From Candidatus Micrarchaeia archaeon (GTDB lineage: Archaea; Micrarchaeota; Micrarchaeia; Burarchaeales; JAVZCV01): a stretch of 18,882 nucleotides of DNA. The stretch covers positions 1 through 18,882 of the forward strand of contig JAVZCV010000007.1 of NCBI GenBank assembly GCA_038874215.1, written 5' to 3'. Below are positions 7,278 through 13,923 of the stretch, one piece after another; position 1 is the first letter of the stretch, and every line of letters starts with the position of its first letter. A program made the position numbers and the translations under genes. The notes beneath the pieces are model-generated. The model did not search any database and was not told the DNA's origin. It saw only the letters and a list, made by a program, of their open reading frames with translations.

Positions 7278-8309
7278 ATGGAAACACGAATAATAAAAAT
7301 TAGCACAAGCGATTTGGATGAAAGCGGCATCAGGCTTGCAGCAAAGATTTTAAGAAACGGGGGCTTGGTTGCCTTTCCGACGGAAACAGTTTATGGGCTG
7401 GGCGCAGATGCCCTAAATCCACGGGCAGTAAGGAAAATATTTGAAGTGAAGGGTAGGCCAAAGGACGACCCGCTCATAGTGCATATTGCCGATAAGAAAG
7501 ATATCCACAAGCTGGCGAGGGATATACCCGACTGCGCCGAAGAGATTATGGGAAAGTTCTGGCCTGGGCCGCTGACATTGATTTTCAAAAAGCGTAGGAT
7601 AGTCCCAAAAATTACCGCTGGCGGTTTGAATACTGTCGCAGTGCGGATGCCAGACAATCCAATCGCTCTTGCACTGATAAAAAGCGCAAAGAAGCCAATA
7701 GCCGCCCCATCTGCAAATCTATTTGGGAGACCAAGCCCAACCTCTGCTAAACACGTGCTGGATGACTTGGGTGGCAAAATAGACGCCATAATTGATGGGG
7801 GAAAAACGAAAATCGGTGTAGAATCAACCGTCCTTGATTTGACTGCGAAGCCCCCTGTTATTCTTAGGCCTGGCGGGATTACTCTTGAAGAATTGAGGGA
7901 GGTTTTAGGAGAAGTACGAGTATATCACCCTGGCGAGAAAAATGATGAAAAGCCTCTCTCCCCTGGCATGAAGTATAGGCACTATGCACCGCGTGCGGAT
8001 GTGCTACTAATTTTAGGGGATTATAGGAGGAGAGTGGAAAAAATCAGGGAGCTCGCAGAGAATTACAGAAAAACAGGTAAAAAAGTTGGCATAATGGCCA
8101 TTCGCAAAAATCGGCGATATGAAGCGGATAGCATAAAATTTGCAGGCAGTGACGCAAAAACGATAGCCAAAAACCTGTTCAGAGTTTTGAGGGAGTTTGA
8201 TGACGAAAAGGTAGATGTCATAATAGCAGAAGGAATAGAGGACAGGGGACTTGGGCTCGCTATAATGAATAGGCTGAAAAAAGCCGCTTATAGGGTAGTT
8301 AGGATATAA
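7278..8309 (+). CDS. sua5: L-threonylcarbamoyladenylate synthase, Sua5 (TsaC2) with C-terminal SUA5 domain
   Basis: VAFPTETVYGLGA, KGRPxDxPLIVH, WPGPLT, AAPSAN, GVESTVLD and linker SPGMKYRHYAP, plus C-terminal GLGLAIMNRLKKAA. Confidence 0.97.
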   Translation: METRIIKISTSDLDESGIRLAAKILRNGGLVAFPTETVYGLGADALNPRAVRKIFEVKGRPKDDPLIVHIADKKDIHKLARDIPDCAEEIMGKFWPGPLTLIFKKRRIVPKITAGGLNTVAVRMPDNPIALALIKSAKKPIAAPSANLFGRPSPTSAKHVLDDLGGKIDAIIDGGKTKIGVESTVLDLTAKPPVILRPGGITLEELREVLGEVRVYHPGEKNDEKPLSPGMKYRHYAPRADVLLILGDYRRRVEKIRELAENYRKTGKKVGIMAIRKNRRYEADSIKFAGSDAKTIAKNLFRVLREFDDEKVDVIIAEGIEDRGLGLAIMNRLKKAAYRVVRI

Positions 8310-8386
8310 TCCATGCCTTATATACAATCAACAGTTGCTGGGGTAATCATTTAAAATATGCAGCCAAATATTAAGCAGGTGGTAAT

Positions 8387-8674
8387 GTGGCTTTTGGCCC
8401 TATCGGGACGCTCTGCTTGGGAGGCACTATCCTTTTTGGCATTCTCGCCGTATTGGTAAGCATACTGGCAATACTGCTTTTCGCAATAATCGGCGCTCTT
8501 ATAGGAGCGGTCACGGGCTACATACTCCAGCATGTTCCCATACTTGGTCCGCTGGTTATAAAGGGATTTGAACTAATTGGTGTCCAAAACCCCGATTTGG
8601 CGGCAATAGGAGCGATGCTCGGTTTTGTGGGCGGCTTCTTCAAGTCAATATTCCCGCCTACGAAAAAAGATTGA
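8387..8674 (+). CDS. Small hypothetical membrane protein (95 aa, 2-3 TM)
   Basis: GTG start with SD AGGTGGT at 8377-8383 and TATA-like TTTAAAATA at 8350-8358. Hydrophobic Gly-rich helices. Confidence 0.75.
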   Translation: MAFGPIGTLCLGGTILFGILAVLVSILAILLFAIIGALIGAVTGYILQHVPILGPLVIKGFELIGVQNPDLAAIGAMLGFVGGFFKSIFPPTKKD

Positions 8675-8680
8675 TGCACT

Positions 8681-8709
8681 AACCATTCCGCAAGGTTGGC
8701 GGTTTTTTT
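8681..8709 (+). terminator. Putative terminator: oligo-T tract preceded by a weak GCAA-capped hairpin
   Basis: AACCATTCCGCAAGGTTGGCGG followed by T7 (8703-8709), just downstream of the 8674 stop. Oligo-T tracts act as archaeal terminators. Confidence 0.4.
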
Positions 8710-8747
8710 GCAGGTTCTACCCCTTATCATACATTTTCCAAAAAAGC

Positions 8748-8852
8748 TCACTTCGGCTCCTCTGGCGGCTTCATCGCCTCAAGCATTTTCTTCAACGCAA
8801 AACCGAAAATGAGTATTTCCCCACCAGTGGATGCGGCTTCTTCCCCTTCCAT
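8748..8852 (-). CDS. Candidate 34-aa small protein MEGEEAASTGGEILIFGFALKKMLEAMKPPEEPK (absent from the ORF track)
   Basis: Manual translation from ATG 8852 to TGA 8748-8750. It fills the otherwise empty gap. Minus-strand TTAAATAT lies at 8874-8881, and a minus-strand T6 tract (8740-8745) follows the stop. Confidence 0.5.
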   Translation of the reverse strand: MEGEEAASTGGEILIFGFALKKMLEAMKPPEEPK

Positions 8853-8907
8853 GCTTTTTATTTATCGCTTGAAATATTTAATTGTTTGTAAAAATAAAAG
8901 GGCAAAT

Positions 8908-9561
8908 ATGGACAGCCAGAGTCCACTGCGCCATATTCAAATACGAAGCTGGAATAGGGAATATTCACAAAAGGGAAGCCTTTGGCACGGTCCTGCTCAT
9001 CTTGATTTTGAGATACCCCAAGGAGCGAGGGTTTTAGAGCTTGGATGCGGTAACGGGAAGACTCTATCTGCGCTATTAAAGGCCGATTGCAGGATAACGG
9101 CAATAGACGCCTCCATGCGTGCGGTTGAAATGTGCAAAAAGCTTGCTCATGAGAATGGCAGGGATGACGTCTGTCTGCTTGTAGCAGATACCTGCTCTCT
9201 TCCTTTTCCTCCTGAAACCTTTGATGCCGTGCTCGCATCCCATGTGCTTGAGCATCTCCTTGAAGAGGATAGAAAAATTGCGGTTTCAGAGATTAAGCGC
9301 GTTCTTAAAAAGCGCGGTCGGGTTTTCGTTAAGGTTTTTTCAACAGCAGATATGCGTTTTGGCAAAGGAAAGGAAATAGAGAAAAACACTTTTTTGCGTG
9401 GACCGAACAGGCTTGCATACCACTATTTTACTGAAGATGAACTGCGCACGCTATTCTCTGATTTCACTGAGATAAGCATGCGCCACATTCAATTTGATAA
9501 AAAATACGGCGATAGTGTCTTCGTGCGGCATAAGATCCTTGGAGTGTGGGAGAAACGCTAA
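8908..9561 (+). CDS. Class I SAM-dependent methyltransferase
   Basis: Motif [11 protein letters not shown], acidic 'AIDAS', 'VADTCSLPF', '[13 protein letters not shown]' and 'RVLKKRG'. Start re-assigned to ATG 8908 because the upstream extension crosses an AT-rich promoter. Confidence 0.93.
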   Translation: MDSQSPLRHIQIRSWNREYSQKGSLWHGPAHLDFEIPQGARVLELGCGNGKTLSALLKADCRITAIDASMRAVEMCKKLAHENGRDDVCLLVADTCSLPFPPETFDAVLASHVLEHLLEEDRKIAVSEIKRVLKKRGRVFVKVFSTADMRFGKGKEIEKNTFLRGPNRLAYHYFTEDELRTLFSDFTEISMRHIQFDKKYGDSVFVRHKILGVWEKR

Positions 9562-10172
9562 TATTTTGCCGCTTCGCCAAACCGCTTTGCCACCTCATCC
9601 CAATTCACTATTTTCCAGAAAGCCTCAACGAACTTCGCTCTCTCGTTTTTGTAATCTAGATAGTATGCGTGCTCCCAAACATCAATCACCATTAGCAAAT
9701 TCAGGTTAGGATAAAGATTCACGTTGTGTTTCTCTATCTGCGCTATTAAAAGCCTCTTTGTTTGCTTGCAGTACGCCAACGCTGCCCAGCCCGAGCCCTC
9801 AACCGATACTGCTGCCTGCGAAAACTCCTTTTTGAACCGCTCAAAACTCCCAAATTCGCTGATTATCGCCTCTTCAAGCATGCCAGAAGGCTTTTCACCA
9901 CCCTTGCCAGCAGGCGCCATGTTTTCCCAGAAAAGTGAGTGAAGCACATGCCCGCCAATGTGGAATGAGAGCTCTTTCAGAGTCGCCTTTATGTCAATCT
10001 CAGCAGCTTCTGAGCGCGCCTTACCAAGCTTATCAAGAACTGCGTTTGCGCCGTTCACATATGCCTGATGATGCTTCTGGTGGTGGAGTGTTAGTTGTTG
10101 CTCTGAAATGTAAGGTGCAAGCTCATTATAACCATAGTTAAGTTTTGGCAGTGAATACTTCTGCTTTTCCAT
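9558..10172 (-). CDS. sod: Fe/Mn superoxide dismutase
   Basis: Metal-ligand motifs [19 protein letters not shown] and DVWEHAYY, plus GSGWA. SD AGGTGT and a TTTTAAAT box upstream. Confidence 0.98.
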   Translation of the reverse strand: MEKQKYSLPKLNYGYNELAPYISEQQLTLHHQKHHQAYVNGANAVLDKLGKARSEAAEIDIKATLKELSFHIGGHVLHSLFWENMAPAGKGGEKPSGMLEEAIISEFGSFERFKKEFSQAAVSVEGSGWAALAYCKQTKRLLIAQIEKHNVNLYPNLNLLMVIDVWEHAYYLDYKNERAKFVEAFWKIVNWDEVAKRFGEAAKY

Positions 10173-10221
10173 CTCAACACCTTCATGTGGATTTTGAAGA
10201 GAAAAATTTAAAAGTTAGATA

Positions 10222-10902
10222 TCAACAGCCCTCAAAAACTGCCCTTCCAATCCTTACAATATCGGAGCCTTCTTCTATTGCAACCTCAAAATCGTTCGTC
10301 ATTCCCATTGACGCTTTTAGCCCATGTCTGTTGCACGCATCTTTCAAACGCCTAAACATGGGCCGAACGCTTTCAGGTTCTGCATGCGGCGCCATCGTCA
10401 TTAAACCCACGACTTTTATGTTTCCCATCTTTTTCATTTCAGCTATAAAGCCATCTATTTCATCAAACTTTATCCCGTGCTTTGTTTCCTCGCCCGCATT
10501 TACCTCAACAAAAACAGGAACCTCTTTTCCCATTTCGCCAGCCTTCTGGTCAATCTTTTGGGCGAGCTTTAGCGAATCTACGCTATGGACAACATCAAAA
10601 ATCTCAAGCGCCTTCTTAACTTTGTTCGTTTGCAACGTGCCAATCATGTGCTTCTCAACTCTCTCCCATTTCTCCTCCCCCAAAAGCACTCTTAACTCAT
10701 CAAATTTCTTTTTCGCATCCTGAACGTAATTCTCTCCTATTATGAGCTTATCCTCAAACTCAAGCAATCGTGCCACTGTTTCTGGGGAAGCGTACTTGGT
10801 TGCGTAAAGAATGGTGATTTCCTCTGGCTTTCTTCCTACTCTTTTTGCGGCTTCTGCAATCCTCTCCTTTACTCTTTTCACATTCTCATATAGTTGGTCC
10901 AT
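10222..10902 (-). CDS. yggS: YggS/PLPBP pyridoxal-phosphate homeostasis protein
   Basis: PLP lysine in YATK, GENYVQD, HMIGTLQTNKVK, GLMTM and SMGMTNDFEVAIEEGSDIVRIG. Confidence 0.96.
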   Translation of the reverse strand: MDQLYENVKRVKERIAEAAKRVGRKPEEITILYATKYASPETVARLLEFEDKLIIGENYVQDAKKKFDELRVLLGEEKWERVEKHMIGTLQTNKVKKALEIFDVVHSVDSLKLAQKIDQKAGEMGKEVPVFVEVNAGEETKHGIKFDEIDGFIAEMKKMGNIKVVGLMTMAPHAEPESVRPMFRRLKDACNRHGLKASMGMTNDFEVAIEEGSDIVRIGRAVFEGC

Positions 10903-10932
10903 GATGAACTCCCTTTACCACGCTCCTCCTGC

Positions 10933-10948
10933 AAAATTTATAAATTTT
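10933..10948. promoter_or_regulatory. Perfect 16-bp palindrome containing a TATA box; probable bidirectional promoter for yggS and mscL
   Basis: AAAATTTATAAATTTT is its own reverse complement and is centred about 38 nt from the yggS start and about 36 nt from the mscL start. Confidence 0.65.
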
Positions 10949-10976
10949 AGATAAAAAATGGCTATGGGGTGGTTTC

Positions 10977-11282
10977 TTGGGCATAATCCAGGAATTTAGG
11001 GAATTTTTGAATGAGTACAAAGTTATTCCACTTGCCATAGCGTTCATAATGGGTGCGGCGGTGACTACACTCGTGCAATCTCTTGTGAATGATGTGATAA
11101 TGCCCATCATAACTCCATTTATTCCTGCAGGAGGCTGGCAGACAGCAACTTTCAACATAGGGCCCATAGCCATAAAGTGGGGCTCGTTTGTTAGTGCACT
11201 CATAAACTTCCTAATAATTGCGCTTGTGGTTTTTGCTATGGCAAAGCTTGTACTGAAAGAAGAGAAAGTGACAAAGAAATAA
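10977..11282 (+). CDS. mscL: Large-conductance mechanosensitive channel MscL (short form)
   Basis: EFREF amphipathic helix, TM1 'LAIAFIMGAA...SLVNDVIMP' and TM2 'WGSFVSALINFLIIALVVF'. TTG start with GGGGTGGT upstream. Confidence 0.93.
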   Translation: MGIIQEFREFLNEYKVIPLAIAFIMGAAVTTLVQSLVNDVIMPIITPFIPAGGWQTATFNIGPIAIKWGSFVSALINFLIIALVVFAMAKLVLKEEKVTKK

Positions 11283-11302
11283 ACATATGTATCCCGATTA
11301 GC

Positions 11303-12040
11303 ATGTTTGATATTTTTGATGCTCACTGCCACCTTGATGCATACAATTATCCCGAAGAAGTGATTTCAGAAGCTGTCAAATCGGGCTATCGTATTATAAC
11401 TTGTGGATATACTCTGGAAGCTTCTTTGAAAGCCGTCGAGATTGCCCAGAAAAACGAATCCGTATATGCGGTGGTGGGAATAGCACCCCAGCAAGCGATG
11501 CGGGATTTTGATGTGGAATGGGTAGATAAAATACGTGCGCTTTTTTCACAGTCCAAAGTCATCGCAATAGGCGAGATAGGGTTAGATTACCACTGGGGTA
11601 AAACTGAGGCAGAGAGAAATGCACAAAAAAGATGCTTTGAGGCATTCATAAAACTTGCAGAAGAAACAAAAAAGCCTGTTGTCATACATTCTCGGAAAGC
11701 GGAGGCTGACGTAATCAGTCGGCTTGCGGATTCCCATGTTGAAAAGGTAATGCTCCACTGCTTCAGCGGTTCTGTAAGCGAAGCAAAAGCAGCAGCAGAA
11801 AGAGGCTGGCTTATATCCGTCCCGCCCGTAAGCTCAAACGGAAGAAAAAAAGCAATAAAGGCGGTAGGCATTGAGCGCATCCTTGTTGAAAGCGATGCAC
11901 CTTATATTGGAAAATCGCCTCTATCAGTACGTTATTCCATAAGCCTAGTAGCCGACGCTCTCGGGATTTCAGAAGAGGAAGTTGCGGTTGCTACATCTGA
12001 AAATTGCAGAACGTTCTATGGATTGAAAAAAGCAGAGTAG
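11303..12040 (+). CDS. tatD: TatD-family metal-dependent nuclease/hydrolase
   Basis: DAHCHLD, GEIGLDY, PVVIHSR, LHCFSG and LVESDAPY. Confidence 0.93.
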   Translation: MFDIFDAHCHLDAYNYPEEVISEAVKSGYRIITCGYTLEASLKAVEIAQKNESVYAVVGIAPQQAMRDFDVEWVDKIRALFSQSKVIAIGEIGLDYHWGKTEAERNAQKRCFEAFIKLAEETKKPVVIHSRKAEADVISRLADSHVEKVMLHCFSGSVSEAKAAAERGWLISVPPVSSNGRKKAIKAVGIERILVESDAPYIGKSPLSVRYSISLVADALGISEEEVAVATSENCRTFYGLKKAE

Positions 12041-12042
12041 TT

Positions 12043-12090
12043 TTTCAGGTTGTTTCAAGGGATTTCAGCTTTTTTCACGATATATATAAG
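12043..12090 (+). promoter_or_regulatory. Four TTTCA direct repeats at 10-bp period followed by a TATA box, upstream of the secreted protein gene
   Basis: TTTCA at 12043, 12053, 12063 and 12073; TATATATAAG at 12081-12090; SD GAGGTGA just before ATG 12126. Confidence 0.65.
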
Positions 12091-12125
12091 CGCCCTTTCA
12101 CCGCATTATTAGCAGAGGTGATCAA

Positions 12126-12809
12126 ATGAAGCTAAAAATTTGGTTTGTTGCTTTTGTGGTTTTGACACTTTTGGGGAGCTTTCTGTATGCCACCCCTGCC
12201 AATGGAATCGGAAAACAGCAGGGGAGAGAAGGATTTGGGCCTAATGCACAAATCAACCAGGGTAATGGAAGTGATAACGAGAATGCGGGACTAGGGCAGA
12301 CGATAAGGGAGCAGGTAAGAGAAACCCTAAGGGCTAATAACACGGGTGGGCTTGGGCAGCAAATAAAAGAGCGGCTGATGGAGAGGTTGCGGCTTTATAA
12401 GGAGAGATGGTCTCTTGTTGGTAAGGGATTTGCAGTAAAAGAAGACTGGAGTTATGAGGTTTTGTATGTGAGGATAGTGCCAAGCCATGAAATCCAAAAG
12501 GGAAACACGACAATTGCAGCAGGCGGTGTCGGTGCACTTGTGCTGGGAAATGAAAAATATGTCCTACGAAATGCGGAAAAAGCGAATAGTACATACAAAG
12601 CAGAGATATACGAGATAAACAGGGCAGATATGGCAAATTGCCTCAGGGCAAGTGTGAATGTCTCCGCATCGGCAGCACTTTCAAGGTGCATGGGTGAAAA
12701 TAAGATTGGAACAATTATGGTAGTAGGAAACCATAAGCCGGGCATGGGCTGGTATGGAAGCGGCGATATGGAGATAAATGGCGTTAAATACCACGTTTTC
12801 ATCTCCTAA
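12126..12809 (+). CDS. Secreted hypothetical protein
   Basis: Signal peptide MKLKIWFVAFVVLTLLGSFLYA, a G/N/Q low-complexity region, two GLGQxIxE repeats, a beta-rich C-terminal domain with two Cys, and NxS/T sequons. Strong SD. Confidence 0.85.
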   Translation: MKLKIWFVAFVVLTLLGSFLYATPANGIGKQQGREGFGPNAQINQGNGSDNENAGLGQTIREQVRETLRANNTGGLGQQIKERLMERLRLYKERWSLVGKGFAVKEDWSYEVLYVRIVPSHEIQKGNTTIAAGGVGALVLGNEKYVLRNAEKANSTYKAEIYEINRADMANCLRASVNVSASAALSRCMGENKIGTIMVVGNHKPGMGWYGSGDMEINGVKYHVFIS

Positions 12810-13816
12810 TTTGCTTTCTCTACGCCGCTCTTTCCGCCTCCCCCCTCTTTTTCTTTTAGTACTATGAGATTTGTCATTCCATATCTCTCAACAGCAACGA
12901 TATCCCTCTGCGCAAGGTATCTAACAGCCCGAGTAAGGCTCGGACCAGACAAGCCTGTCAGCGCTTTCAGCTTTACCCCTGTGCAACTCCCCCCTTCTCT
13001 TACAAGAGCCTCATAAACTTTCCTTTCTTTTTCTGGAAGCAGATGTGCACTCCCGGTCTCTTCTTTTCCTTCGGGTTTAACATGTTCGTCATTCTCCCCC
13101 CTTTTTTTCTTCTTAATAAAGAATAATAGAAGCAAAAGTATGATTAGGAGCAGAAATGCTGCAACCACAAGTATTATTATAGTGGTGGTTTTTTCCTGGT
13201 TTATTTGGGGGGTTGGCTTTGGTGCTGGTGGGGAAGTTGATTGGCTGATAGGTAGCGATATATGTGGGGAAGGTGCGCGAGATTTATAACGAACCCAGAC
13301 ATTCTTCGTCTGGTTGGCGTATATATCCGAAAACATGTAAGAAATGCAGAGGCTATCCCCGTCAATTGAAACTTCCCCGCCGTTTGCAAAGTCAAGCAGG
13401 GAATAGTTGGCAGGAATGCATAGTGAAACTGAGGCAATTGTGGTGTAAACTGGGAAAATAATTGATAAACCAAAATCATCAATCGTTCCCTTGCCAGCGT
13501 CTTCCGCCTGCTGATATAGGTAGAATTCGTGAACATCCTTCGTATCCTCTCCGATCTGCAAAAACAAAACGCCGTCTTCAACAGCATAATTCATCTCATT
13601 TCCTTCTTCATCTTCAACGAAAATGTATGTGGTGTTTTTATGCAAAATGGGAAGCGGCACGATATCCCCAGGTTCGCCAAAAACATACGCATGAGCTAAA
13701 GCGCTTACATTCCCATCCTCAAGGTATGCGACAATATCAAGGCTGTCAATCCAAACTTCATCAGAAGCAGCAGTAAGAAACGGGGCTAAAAGCCATAGAA
13801 GTATTATCTTTCGCAT
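12806..13816 (-). CDS. Membrane-anchored winged helix-turn-helix transcriptional regulator (COG2512-like) with extracellular N-terminal domain
   Basis: Signal peptide, an acidic beta-rich domain, a P/S/T linker, one TM followed by KKKKR, then wHTH 'LPEKERKVYEALVREGG...TGLSGPSLTRAVRYLAQRDIVAVERYGMTNLIVL'. Confidence 0.85.
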   Translation of the reverse strand: MRKIILLWLLAPFLTAASDEVWIDSLDIVAYLEDGNVSALAHAYVFGEPGDIVPLPILHKNTTYIFVEDEEGNEMNYAVEDGVLFLQIGEDTKDVHEFYLYQQAEDAGKGTIDDFGLSIIFPVYTTIASVSLCIPANYSLLDFANGGEVSIDGDSLCISYMFSDIYANQTKNVWVRYKSRAPSPHISLPISQSTSPPAPKPTPQINQEKTTTIIILVVAAFLLLIILLLLLFFIKKKKRGENDEHVKPEGKEETGSAHLLPEKERKVYEALVREGGSCTGVKLKALTGLSGPSLTRAVRYLAQRDIVAVERYGMTNLIVLKEKEGGGGKSGVEKAN

Positions 13817-13923
13817 GCGTTAAAATTGGTTCCACAATTTTTATTTTTTTTCGTTGTTCGTTTTTTCATAACACCGAACAATAACACAAATGTAATAAAA
13901 AATAGTAGTAGAAAAGAAAAAAT

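Noticed and set aside
8675..8747. Possible structured ncRNA or tRNA fragment with a GCAA tetraloop
   Set aside because: The stem is short and imperfect, with no cloverleaf or T-loop. It is better explained as converging terminators.
10145..10723. 192-aa plus-strand ORF and other antisense or alternate-frame ORFs (e.g. 616-1050, 2542-3042, 6130-6522, 10886-11332)
   Set aside because: Shadow ORFs of well-supported genes, with no recognisable motifs.
11465..11495. TatD GIAPQ in place of the usual GxHP
   Set aside because: The main metal and catalytic residues (HxH, E, H, H, D) are intact, so this is not evidence of a pseudoenzyme.
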